Position numbers and translations under genes: made by a program
Part shown: positions 25,401-35,139 of the stretch, piece by piece
How positions within the stretch are numbered: the first letter of the stretch is position 1
Layout of the letters: each line of letters starts with the position of its first letter
Source: Balanoglossus misakiensis
Taxonomy: Eukaryota; Animalia; Hemichordata
DNA length: 64,000 bases
Assembly (NCBI GenBank): GCA_040954595.2
Contig: CM082586.2
Span: 11,997,337 to 12,061,336, forward strand
Direction of reading: 5' to 3'
Notes under the pieces: model-generated
Told to the model about the DNA's origin: nothing
Seen by the model: only the letters and a program-made list of their open reading frames with translations
Database searches by the model: none

Positions 25401-28400
25401 CATTTCACGATGATCGAGAGGTTAAGATAACAATAGGACGATACCTGCAAAGTCGTCTAATGAATGCAAGCAACAGGTTTGCCAGAAGCACAGACTATAT
25501 ATTTTATGCACAATATCGTTCAGAACTTGACCAGGTTGTATCAAATGTGTCAATCGCTTTGAGAAAAGGAACTGCCAATGCTTGTGGCAAAAAGGTGACA
25601 TCCGATGTTCTGACGGATGGGGATTCTTTGAGAGAGATATTGAAGTGTGATGAAGGCTACAAGTTCTTGAAACCTATTCGAGGGACACCCCCTTACTGGC
25701 AAGCTACACAGAAAGATTTGTTTGCAATGATCAGACAGTTAGGTATACCGACATGGTTCTGCTCATTTTCTGCCGCTGACTTAAGATGGAAAGAAGTAAT
25801 TGAAACTATCCTACGTGAAGAAGGTGATGTACGTAATGCTGAGGATCTCGATTGGTCTGAGAAATGTGGTATCTTGAGACGAAACCCTGTGACTGCGGCA
25901 AGAATGTTTGATCATAGATTTCATTGTTTTTTGACTGATGTAATTATGTCACCAGCTAGTCCTATTGGGAAGATCAAAGATTATTTTTATCGAGTTGAGT
26001 TTCAACAGCGTGGATCACCGCACACTCACTGTTTGTTTTGGGTTGAAAATGCCCCAAAAGTGGACAAAGATTCTGATGAGGATGTTGTTGATTTCGTTGA
26101 CACATATGTAACATGTGAAATGCCTTCTATTGAAGAGGATGAGGTACTGCATGAGATTGTGAAAACAGTCCAGAAACACAGCTCAAGGCATTCAAAATCT
26201 TGCAAGAAAAAGGGTACTACATGTCGATTCAACTTTCCTCGACCTCCTTCAAACAAAACTTTTGTATGCCACCCATCTGTCAGCATAGATACCGGTATAG
26301 AGGTAACAGATGACAATCAGTGTAAGGGTGATCAAATGACTACATCACTGGAAAATGAATTTGAAATAGATTTTCCTCAGTTGGATGATACAGCATTGGC
26401 TCAGAAGAAGGCTAGACAAATTTTAGAACGAGTTTGGACATGCCTGTGTGACAAAGAGAAACCCATTGATACTATTGATGATTTGTTCAATGCGGTTGGC
26501 ATATCTCAGGAGATGTTTGAACAAGCAAATGCAATTTTGGCCAAAAAGACCAGTGTAGTTCTAAAACGTGAGCCAAGTGATGTCTGGGTAAACCAATATA
26601 ATGCCAACCTTCTCCGTTGCTGGAATGCAAATATGGACATTCAGTTTGTTGTGGATGCTTATGCCTGTGTTGTGTACATTGTGTCATACATCTCTAAGGC
26701 AGAAAGAGAAATGGGTTTACTCTTGGAACATGCACAGAAAGAGGCTAACAAAGAAGGAAATATGGATGCAAAGTCGGCCATGAAAGAGTTAGGTGGTGTA
26801 TATCTGCACAACAGGGAAATAAGTGCCCAGGAAGCTGTGTATAGGGTATGTGGTTTGAAACTGAAACAATCATCACGTAAAGTTCAGTTTATTCCAACAG
26901 GAGAAAATCAAATCAAAATGAGTTTGCCATTAGCTGCAATACAGAAGAAAATGAAAGGTGATGATTTAGATGAGGAAGAGATATGGATGAATAGCATTGT
27001 AGACAGGTACAAGAACAGACCAAATGGGGAAGATTTCGACAATATGTGTCTTGCAACATTTTGTTCTGAATACAGAGTGGTTTCAAAATCAGAAATGAAA
27101 AACGTGAGTACTGACAAACGTCGCAGTCCAATAGTGAAGTTGAAAAATGATGTTGGTTACATGCAGAAAAGATCTAGATATGATGGGGCTGTTGTTAGAT
27201 ATGCACGATTTTCTGTTACCAAATATCCAGAGAAGCACTATTGCAGTATATTACAACTTTTTCTCCCATACCGAACTGAATCACAACTGAAACCTAGTGG
27301 ATTTGAGTCGTATGAGGATTTTTATTGTCTTGGTGCAGTGAAATGTGGCTCTGCTTCTTTAGAAAAGGTTAAAGTGATCGTAGATGCCAATAAAGCATTA
27401 TTTGAAACAGAGGCTGAGGCTATTGATGCAGCTGAACAAATTCTTGAAGAGAATGGTCCTCTTGAAGATGCATGGGCTCAATTGTGTCCAGAAAATGAAT
27501 TAGAACGATTGGAATGCATTGAAGAAGGCAAAAAGTGTTGTGATGATGATCCGGTGGATGATAGTGATATTCCAGATTTGGTACAAAAACCCAAAGGTGA
27601 TGATTGCCATGTAGAAATGTCATATTCAATGAAGAAATATGAGGTTGAAACAATGTGTAGATCATTGAACAAGAAACAAGCAGAAGTGTTTTACACTGTC
27701 AGGAAGTGGTGTTTGGACAAAAGCAATGGCAAGAATCCAGAACCCTTTTATCTGTTTGTCACTGGTGGTGCTGGTACTGGAAAAAGTCACTTAATCAAAG
27801 CCATATATCATGAAGCCAAACGAATACTAGCTCGGGCAATGCCAGATGTTGATGGAATTTCTATTGCTTTAACTGCACCGACAGGAGTAGCGGCATTTAA
27901 TATACAAGGAACAACTCTCCATCATATATTCTCCATAGCAGTTGACTCAAAGCTACCATATCAGCCACTGCGTGAAGAAAAGCTGAATACTCTTCGTTGC
28001 AAGTTTGGTAACCTTCAAATTTTGATAATAGATGAGATTTCTATGGTAGACAAAAAGTTATTGTACTACGTTCACGGAAGACTACGACAAATAAAACAGT
28101 CATCGGCTGAGTCACCATTTGGGAATGTGTGTGTTATTGCTGTGGGTGATTTTTATCAACTTCCTCCTGTGAAAGCAAGTCCACTGTGTATAGACCGTGA
28201 ATCCGTCAATCTGTGGAATGATAATTTCAGTATTGTAGAACTAACTGAAATAATGAGACAGAAAGACTGTGCATTTGCAGAGGCACTAAATCGAGTAAGA
28301 GTTCACAAAAAAGGGGACACAATGAATGCAGATGATGTGGCAATGTTTCAGAGGTGTGTTACCGGTGAAACATCTGAGGCAATGCATGTTTTTGCTACAA

Positions 28401-29746
28401 ATGCAGAGGTTAATAGCTGTAATGTTGAAATGCTTCAATCTCAATGTTCTGACCCTGTATGTATTGAAGCAGAGGATTTTAGCAGGAATCCTAAAACTGG
28501 AAGGCTAGAAAAAAAGGAAGGTCATCACGTAAAAGTGTATAGGACAACTTTGCCAAAGACTCTAACTCTAGCTGTTGGTGCACGAGTACAACTGGCGCAT
28601 AACATTGATGTGGCTGATGGTTTGGTGAATGGCGTATTTGGCACAGTATGTCACATTGCAGTGAAACCAAAGAAAAAATTTCCAGCTGCCATTTATGTTG
28701 TATTTGATAATGAGAAAGTTGGCCAAGGATTGCGTAAAAAGAAGCCTATAACTATATCTGACCTTCCAGTAAACAGCACCCCTATAGAACCTCAGGAAAT
28801 GTCTGTAGCAAGTAATGGTGGTATTAGGAGGCAGTTTCCTTTAAAACTAGCTTGGGCATGTACAGTTCACAAAGTACAGGGTTTAACCGTTGAAAAAGCA
28901 GTTGTCAGTTTAAAGAAGATGTTTGCACCAGGACAGGCATATGTGGCATTGAGTCGGGTGACATCATTAGATGGTCTCATTATTAATGACTTTAACAAAT
29001 CATCCATATATTGCAATGAAAAAGTACAAGAAGCGCTGGAAACAATGCCAAAGTTTCTTCCCAAGTGTACTCAGACAGAACAGAGTAAATATACATGCTC
29101 ATTTGTATTGCATAATGTTGAGGGCCTTGTACATCACATTAAAGATATTTGCAATGACAGTGAATACTTGGAAGCAGACTTCATTTGTTTGACGGAGACA
29201 TGGTTATCTGAAAAAGAAGCATGGTGTGATGTACAATTGAGCGGGTTTGAATTCAATCACCAACCTCGATCTCAATCCTACAATCAATTTGATACAAATA
29301 CCTCAAGTTTACAGTTGCAACAGCGGGGTGGTGTTGGAGTCTATAGCAAAATTTGCAAGAATTTTGAAATTTTGCATTTGGCTGTGACTAATTTGGAATG
29401 TATTTCATTTTATGTCACAAATATCAATGTTACAATAGCTATAGTTTACAGACCTCCATCATACAAAGCAGAGGTATTCAAAAATAGCATGGTTTCTTTG
29501 GTGAAAGCAATGGAAAAATACCCAGGAGGCAAACTGATCATGGGTGATTTCAATGAAGATATCTTGACTCGGTCATCACTTGTAAAGTTCATGGAAGATC
29601 ATGGCTTCAGACAATCTGTAAGCGAACCAACTACAGAAGCTAATACACTGATTGATCATGTGTATGTGAAAGGAATACAAAATGTGACAGTAAATGTTAT
29701 ACCAAAATACTTCAGCTTTCATGAAGCAATAAGCATCAAAATATAG
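22445..29746 (+). CDS. Helentron Rep/Helicase transposase polyprotein (2433 aa): OTU cysteine protease, Zn-finger, HUH Rep, Pif1-family SF1B helicase, C-terminal APE/EEP endonuclease
   Basis: Uninterrupted ORF; first ATG at 22445 (the ORF track starts at a TTG at 22436). OTU: GDGNCFFRS...WAT..E...NHYEVV. Zn-finger: CSVC...CHTC. Rep: PTWFCSFS, YFYRVEFQQRGSPHTHCLFW, YIVSYISK. Helicase: GGAGTGKS, APTGVAA, IIDEISMV, GDFYQLPPV, EIMRQ, QFPLKLAWACTVHKVQGLT, GQAYVALSRV. EEP: HNVEGL, LTETWL, GGVGVY, YRPP, GDFN, IDHVY, SFH. Confidence 0.96.
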   Translation: MPRSRYWRKKRSQKNEDAVVSEDPVLLKNRIAIEHKEGPALSKNRNNNEFKEGPALSKNRNRNEFKEGPALSKNRNRNEYKEGPALSKNRNRNEYKEGPALSKNRNRNEFKEGPALSKNRNMDKIRKSDRENESTKVNNEIFETENQSVDKTEGSNEILQQHSLDNDSSDDLYIGSGTEDNVYSFSPLTSDVCEQLCCKFDIVDKNKIDILNKLGSVTIGDPCNYKSIIGDGNCFFRSLSYCISGTERNHGVIRTAIVNHLKANEEVYSGWVRLDGYTSVADYIEKSRMDRLGTWATETEILATTNLFNVNIFVYSFDSWWKHSCNIINKNNVDRGVGIYLNHRNRNHYEVVSCVKTPQLETCHCTHIECDVDVPVEIVTGECMDVTDNECSKQIGLKKEFHLDEVFATHEELPCLAPVRAEKRGRAMGERLKKKLRREKYESERGILNKLNVPSSLSSSKAAKQYERYQTNCEYRDNIKSVNRKRYHEDVLYRENKKRRLVGRYDCDLVFREVQKTVCAEQCLAKYEKVPLYREHKKSESAAQCVDKYKKDQTFRKHKKSQSAAQCVDKYKKDQAFREHKKSQSAAEFANKYQKDLNFRELKNSQNAAQFLDKYNKDEEFQKQIKKNCLERYQQDQVYKQTVLERTRTEMKVRKINKENIERVIIDFRNQTSVGPNCVCSVCHRRLFRKQVLVCKMDNYVSKGDLCEMNAKKCITQDYVHNCTELCIAECPLKSSAASKLWICHTCHSKLLRAEMPVQAAANNLDVKPIPNELKCLNSLEQHLIALHIPFMKMMALPRGGQNGVHGPVVCVPSNIEKATSILPRGELDDQMIKVKLKRKLSYKGCYQYQFVNKGHIQNALEYLQKNNLWYNDVKFNLAWENTLEKTEEKSAGESNGNIEDKNLDTEGNGVASDTEGGNEPEKDTDGIFMDTCFQPVDIGQDILDYHFDDIACVAPGEDNKPVRVLMEKFNEAKCFPVIFPTGSPTFHDDREVKITIGRYLQSRLMNASNRFARSTDYIFYAQYRSELDQVVSNVSIALRKGTANACGKKVTSDVLTDGDSLREILKCDEGYKFLKPIRGTPPYWQATQKDLFAMIRQLGIPTWFCSFSAADLRWKEVIETILREEGDVRNAEDLDWSEKCGILRRNPVTAARMFDHRFHCFLTDVIMSPASPIGKIKDYFYRVEFQQRGSPHTHCLFWVENAPKVDKDSDEDVVDFVDTYVTCEMPSIEEDEVLHEIVKTVQKHSSRHSKSCKKKGTTCRFNFPRPPSNKTFVCHPSVSIDTGIEVTDDNQCKGDQMTTSLENEFEIDFPQLDDTALAQKKARQILERVWTCLCDKEKPIDTIDDLFNAVGISQEMFEQANAILAKKTSVVLKREPSDVWVNQYNANLLRCWNANMDIQFVVDAYACVVYIVSYISKAEREMGLLLEHAQKEANKEGNMDAKSAMKELGGVYLHNREISAQEAVYRVCGLKLKQSSRKVQFIPTGENQIKMSLPLAAIQKKMKGDDLDEEEIWMNSIVDRYKNRPNGEDFDNMCLATFCSEYRVVSKSEMKNVSTDKRRSPIVKLKNDVGYMQKRSRYDGAVVRYARFSVTKYPEKHYCSILQLFLPYRTESQLKPSGFESYEDFYCLGAVKCGSASLEKVKVIVDANKALFETEAEAIDAAEQILEENGPLEDAWAQLCPENELERLECIEEGKKCCDDDPVDDSDIPDLVQKPKGDDCHVEMSYSMKKYEVETMCRSLNKKQAEVFYTVRKWCLDKSNGKNPEPFYLFVTGGAGTGKSHLIKAIYHEAKRILARAMPDVDGISIALTAPTGVAAFNIQGTTLHHIFSIAVDSKLPYQPLREEKLNTLRCKFGNLQILIIDEISMVDKKLLYYVHGRLRQIKQSSAESPFGNVCVIAVGDFYQLPPVKASPLCIDRESVNLWNDNFSIVELTEIMRQKDCAFAEALNRVRVHKKGDTMNADDVAMFQRCVTGETSEAMHVFATNAEVNSCNVEMLQSQCSDPVCIEAEDFSRNPKTGRLEKKEGHHVKVYRTTLPKTLTLAVGARVQLAHNIDVADGLVNGVFGTVCHIAVKPKKKFPAAIYVVFDNEKVGQGLRKKKPITISDLPVNSTPIEPQEMSVASNGGIRRQFPLKLAWACTVHKVQGLTVEKAVVSLKKMFAPGQAYVALSRVTSLDGLIINDFNKSSIYCNEKVQEALETMPKFLPKCTQTEQSKYTCSFVLHNVEGLVHHIKDICNDSEYLEADFICLTETWLSEKEAWCDVQLSGFEFNHQPRSQSYNQFDTNTSSLQLQQRGGVGVYSKICKNFEILHLAVTNLECISFYVTNINVTIAIVYRPPSYKAEVFKNSMVSLVKAMEKYPGGKLIMGDFNEDILTRSSLVKFMEDHGFRQSVSEPTTEANTLIDHVYVKGIQNVTVNVIPKYFSFHEAISIKI
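22508..22807 (+). repeat. In-frame 45-bp coding minisatellite (15-aa EGPALSKNRNRNE(F/Y)K), about 6.7 units
   Basis: GAGGGGCCTGCCCTCTCTAAAAACAGG at 22553, 22598, 22643, 22688, 22733 and 22778, plus a degenerate first unit at 22508. Confidence 0.93.
23100..23505 (+). other. OTU-like cysteine protease domain within the transposase
   Basis: D-G-N-C catalytic loop (~23132-23146) and distal N-H-Y (~23483-23491). Confidence 0.85.
23950..24345 (+). repeat. In-frame 66-bp (22-aa) basic helical repeats (YKKDQxFRxHKKSQSAAQCVDK-like)
   Basis: CAG(A/G)CATTCCGA at 24101 and 24167; about 6 progressively diverged units in translation. Confidence 0.8.
25350..26900 (+). other. HUH/Y2 Rep domain
   Basis: HTH (HUH motif) at 26021-26029 and YxxxYxxK at 26675-26698. 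Ser in motif 1 and F-x-R before motif 2, as recalled for Helentron-type Reps. Confidence 0.92.
27660..29050 (+). other. Pif1-family helicase domain
   Basis: Walker A GGAGTGKS at 27764-27787 and the downstream SF1B motifs in the expected order. Confidence 0.95.
29090..29746 (+). other. APE-like (EEP) endonuclease domain
   Basis: N..G, ETW, YRPP, GDFN, IDH and terminal S-F-H motifs in the order found in L1/CR1-type endonucleases. Confidence 0.88.
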
Positions 29747-29766
29747 TAATTTACACTTGTATTTGA

Positions 29767-29772
29767 AATAAA
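29767..29772 (+). terminator. Candidate polyadenylation signal
   Basis: AATAAA 21 nt after the stop codon, followed by a second AATAAA and an A-rich tract. The region is A-rich, so this may be chance. Confidence 0.35.
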
Positions 29773-29880
29773 ATAAGTAAATAGAAAAATAAAGAAAAAA
29801 AAAACATGACGAGGAAAAACCTCATTCAGGTACATGCTTCAAAAATGGCCTTTGTAAACAAAAAGATTGGTGACAGATGG

Positions 29881-30040
29881 TTCCAGACCTTGTTGCTTCG
29901 CCAAGGCAAATCATGTGCCTCTGGTGGACATGACCGGGCAAGTATCCTGTGCTGGCGGAGCGACTCTTGCTAGTTGCTATACTCCTTGCCTAATCATACT
30001 GCCAGTAGTGCCCTAGGGTACATAGCGATGAGGTCTGGGA
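29881..30040 (+). other. GC-rich, highly self-complementary 160-bp island (degenerate MITE or structured RNA/ssDNA element)
   Basis: Outer stem TTCCAGACCT/AGGTCTGGGA; inner 12-bp stem GTTGCTTCGCCA/TGGCGGAGCGAC closing three contiguous hairpins. Confidence 0.5.
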
Positions 30041-30432
30041 GCAAAACTACCCAGCAATATTAGTGAATATACTTATAATGGCTCCTAGGATAAATCAATT
30101 ATGTTCAATTCAAATAGTTTATTGTCAACAACAAATGTAAAAAATGTCTTCAGGCTCACTAATCAAGTTACAAATACAGGATAAAGAGCATTGTGATAAA
30201 ATTTATACATACATAAACACAATTCCAATATGATGACAACCACATCTGCATGCAGCTAAGGATAAAACTGAGAAAGGATGAAACTGAGGGTGAAAGAAAA
30301 CAGAAAATAGGAGAACTGTTTACAGGGTTAAAATATATTATAACAGAAAATACAATTAATCAATTTTGTAAAGGTGCTACAGATACTAAAATGTTCAAAA
30401 ATAAATCATCAATCAGTTAATATGAAAATAGA

Positions 30433-30452
30433 CTAATAAATAAATGTACTGA

Positions 30453-30491
<39 letters not shown>

Positions 30492-30664
30492 ATGAATAAA
30501 TAAATAATTAAACAAACAAACAAACAAACAAACAAACAAACAAAAAACAAACAAACAATAAAAAAAAAAATTAAATAAATAAATAAACAAACAAACAAAC
30601 AAACAAACAAACAAAAACAAACAAACAAAAAAAACAAACAATAAATAAATAAATAAATAAATAA
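30433..30664. repeat. Compound (TAAA)n/(CAAA)n microsatellite
   Basis: Directly visible. Confidence 0.95.
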
Positions 30665-31322
30665 GTTCTAGTTTATAATTTCTATTTTTTGATGGAATTA
30701 CAGAAAACAGGTCATGACGTTTTTGATCTGATGTCAAGGGGCAAAGTTCCCCATAATACAGTACCAGTGTAGGATATTGCAAATTTACATATGGATGTAT
30801 TGACAGTTTGAACAAAAAGATTTCCTTGATTTTTATGTCATGTACTGTATTGGTGAGACGCTAATGAACAATAGTTAGTGAAACAGAGAGGTAAATTGTC
30901 ATTGACCACAGGTCATACAAAAAGGTACACAATTGAAGTTTGTGTGGTGTGAAGATGTCAAGAATATTCACATGTTTAAATAAAACAGCCAAGTGTGCTG
31001 TGAAGTCGCGAAAGGTTACAACTCTAGCTGCCTTTTTAGAGCGAGGAGAATGCTGTTAAGATGAAAAGGATATGTGGATATCCAGACTTCAAGGCCGATT
31101 AGGTGATGTGATGTAGTATAAATGTGTTTAATATAGAGAAGAATTAAAATATATTTTGGTACAAATTTGAAATGATTTAACTTTCAGAAGAAGATAAACT
31201 CAGGCGAAGGATTGAGTAATTTAAGACAGGCTGCCTGGCTGTCATAATGTTTTATCTGTCTGTATGTCTGTGTCATGTATGCACTGGCATATGTACATTT
31301 GTAACATATGTACATGTGTATA

Positions 31323-31325
<3 letters not shown>

Positions 31326-31386
<61 letters not shown>

Positions 31387-31402
31387 CATGCATGCATGCA
31401 TG

Positions 31403-31434
<32 letters not shown>

Positions 31435-31478
31435 TGTATGTATGTATGTATGTATGTATGTATGTATGTATGTATGTA
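31326..31478. repeat. Compound (TG)n/(TATG)n/(CATG)n microsatellite
   Basis: Directly visible. Confidence 0.95.
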
Positions 31479-34400
31479 CCGGCATGTATGTGCGTGCACG
31501 TGTACCAGTATGATGTGGAGGCATTTTCTATGAATATACAACATTATTCTTAGATATGTTAAGTATTTTACGGCAATTAATCCATTTCATGGAAAGTGTT
31601 ATCGTTCAATTTAGAAGCTCCAGAGGATGTAATTACAATGTTAAATATTACAGTAACATCATGGGATAATCATCTTTGTGTGCAGACTCAATATTGAGTA
31701 TATATATACAAAATGTATATAATTTCTCTGCCTTCAATTCTGTGTGGTATAGTGTATTTATTGCATTTTATCAAAAGATACGTCAGATGCTGTATTTTGA
31801 ACATCTTGTTGTATACTGTAATACTGGATAATTATTAATTGTAGTAAAGATATTTGCTTTTATTATGAGAGTAAAAGTAATGTTTGAAATTGTACATTTA
31901 ATTATGGAAAAAGTCTACTGGTGTTTGGTATACCTTGTAAATAACCGAATTTGACTCAAGATGGTTATTTTACAACATTAATTGAAATGTTTAAATTGTC
32001 ATTGTTATTATCAAACATGGTTATGTGAATTTGATAACTATTTATTTGGAAACAATGTGGCTTGAAATGTTTGAACTTGTATTCTTTTTCTCAAATGAAA
32101 TACTGTCTGTTGGAGATTTTATGTTTTTAAAGTTTGTGTCAACATGACATACATGAAATTTTCCTTTTCATTACAACATTAAGTTACATCTTTGAAATTG
32201 TCAGATTTATTATTAAACATGGTTGTGTTCATTGATTATTTAAGGGTAATTAATTATTTAGAATCAGTGTTGTTACATTTTGTTAGAAAAGTAATTGAAA
32301 TCTTTACAATTATATTTTGTTATCAAAAAAAGATTGTGTGTGTTGGATATTTTACAATTATAAACATTTTGATCAGCATAGTTGCCTTTATTTGAGCATT
32401 TACTGAATGGTTTGACATTCTAAAGTTTATCATCACACATCATTCTGTCTGTTGAATATTTTATGACAGTTAAAAGTCAAGTCGGTTGGATTAGAACATT
32501 AATTCTAATATAGATTGATGTTGGAAATTGTAAATTTTATCATCAAATGTAGTGTGAAGAATAGACGATTGTATTAAAGTAAAAATATGGTACATTGACC
32601 TGGAGAAACAGGGGTTAATAATTAATTTCTTCGAATGGTATTTGTTGAGCTGTTGCCACAGAAGCTGTATGGCATTTCAGTGTAGATAGCACATGTGAAT
32701 ATACAGCACTGAAACCAATGCATTTTAATACAAGTGAACTGTAGATGTGAATTTGGTCGAAGGGAAAAAGCAAATAGAACACTGTCACAAGATAGTGGAT
32801 CTGAGAGTTTGTCTCATTATTAAAGTGTCACACATATACATAGCAACAATGTGTGCTTTTGAGCAAGCTCCATAATTACCCAGAAACATTATTAGGAATG
32901 CTTTGCTGTTAATTAACTGTAGTCTGTTGCATGACGGATATAATAGAAAGATAATGTTTCGATCTGTATGGAAAGGGTTTTCATATCCTATGGAGTAATC
33001 AGCATAAATAGAAAAAATGGAAATATTTACAAACATAAATATCTGTATTTAATATATATGTGTTAATTATTTAACTTTGTTCATATCACTACCATGTGTG
33101 GATTAAGCTATTGGTGTTCATTGAACCCTGCAGAAGTCAACAAGGAACATTGTATTGTAAAAGATTAGCCTGTGCCTAGCTTGCTTTAAAACAGTGACAC
33201 ACCTACAAAATGTTCATTTCATATATACCGGTACATGCATGCTTTTAAGAGACAAACTCTTACTCAGCAATTGTTAAGAGTTTTCTTTAATATTAAAAAC
33301 TGTTTCTGTTGTTTTAATAGTTGAAACATGCTGAAATATTGGTGAACTGTACTCAATCTGCACTATGCACATACGGTACACATACATGTACAAGATAGAA
33401 CATTCAATGATTCAGTAAAATAATTTATGATGTCCATCCTGTTTTTGACTGTTGGTTAAACTTCGATCCATGTATTTGACTGTATAGCCATAGTGGCAAA
33501 CTGTTTAGACCACATCGAGCTTAGAATGAGATCATAGAGTATGAATTACTCTAGCTGTCATGTACAGTACCATGATGGCAATATGTTATGTATCCAAGAG
33601 AAACAATGTAGTTTATTTAATCTGAATGTCACACATAGATTCACCACTTTTTATGCAGCAAAGGGGTAATTTCTGACCCCGTTTTTTGTTTATGCACTGA
33701 AGTTATATTGCACAGTGAGAAACGTTATGCAAGTATTCCCTGTATTCTTGAATGATAACACAAACAGGGCCAAAAACTGCATTTTGAAATTCTAGTAGAC
33801 TTTTGCCAGGGTCAGATTTCCACACTTAATAAGTGTTATATTAGATATGTCCTCTTAATATATATGTTTTTAAGTATTTGATATGTCAACATGCACTGAA
33901 AGGAATACTGGATATTCAAATGATTAAGATAGATGGTAACTTAACTACACCAATTCTCTTGGTGGAAGAATTAAATATTGTCTGTTACTACACTTGGCCA
34001 TAGTTATTAGATTAAAGCCAACTTGGTTTGCTTCAATATAAAACTAATGGGTAACAGATGAATTATAAATGGCAAATTGTGCATCATCACATAATAGCCA
34101 AAAACAGTGCCTAAGATACTGTAGAGCATGTGATTCATATGAGGATTTTAGAGTAAGACACAGCTTATTAATGTTCAAGCTTGTAAGATAAGGATTCTGC
34201 AAAAGCAGAACAGTTAGGTCATTTAAGTAGTTCTATGGTAGATAAATGATGTTGTTTCCAAAAATGCCGTCTGTTACTCAAATGATGAGTGACAGCATTC
34301 CTGGATTTAACTTGCATCAGTAATTTGGTAGTTAAGTCAAATTTTACTACAATTTGTCACTTGTGGTCAGTCTTGACGGGTGTAACATGCTAGGAGGGTA

Positions 34401-35139
34401 CACTTACCCATTCCGGACACCTGGTACCACCACTTAGCAGTGGTTCAAGATGATCCTGTAGAAATTCTCATTTTTCTCTTATTTATTATTTGGACCTGTT
34501 AATTAGCTTACTTTGAATGATATTGATTATTCGACCTGATTTGATGTCTTATTCTTGCAATAACAAACACAAACCTCTACTGTTGTCAACCTTTTATTTA
34601 TTTAAGACAATCCTTTCAGGTGAATCATTGCTTGTTTGAAAGCAGCCTTTATTGTAGCTATCTCTTCATTTTAATGTACATTATAGGTCTCTGACCACTT
34701 AAAACATAACTTCTAAGTCTGATTTTCTTATCTATCTTTACTCTGTACAATATATCTGGTTTGGCTGATATATCACCCAATGGCCATACAAACTTTTGTC
34801 ATTTAATTTTGTCACATACTAGTACATATCCAAAACACAAAACATCTATGGCCCTCTTATTATTAGGCATACAATTTGCTTAAGTATAACAACCCGTAAA
34901 GTGTTTCAACATACCAAATACAAATACTTTATCTGCTCTGAAAGTCGAGATATGGAAAAATAATACAAGGTCACCCCAGGGACAAGGCTGAATCTACTAT
35001 GGATGCTGATATATACGAAAGTAAATCAAAGGTCACCTATGGCCACACGGATATTCGGACAAAATAGTTTGACCCCATACTATGTCCATGTCCGTGTTGG
35101 TAAACCTGTAATTATGTATGCACATAATTAATGCGTAAA

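Noticed and set aside
27660-29050. Host PIF1 gene
   Set aside because: The helicase is fused to an HUH Rep within transposon termini and lacks coding introns, so no gene symbol was assigned.
22418-29192. Antisense and alternative-frame ORFs overlapping the transposase
   Set aside because: Shadow ORFs of the long coding frame and its in-frame repeats.
29892-29964. tRNA gene (cloverleaf shape)
   Set aside because: Stem lengths are wrong and there are no D-loop GG or T-loop TTC motifs or A/B boxes; kept only as an unexplained structure.
30413-31553. ORFs rich in F/V/C/L/Y or H/T/Y/I
   Set aside because: Translations of microsatellites.
29750-34900. Possible Fanzor/TnpB or other second gene carried by the element
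   Set aside because: No ORF with RuvC-like or other recognisable motifs in the six-frame track.
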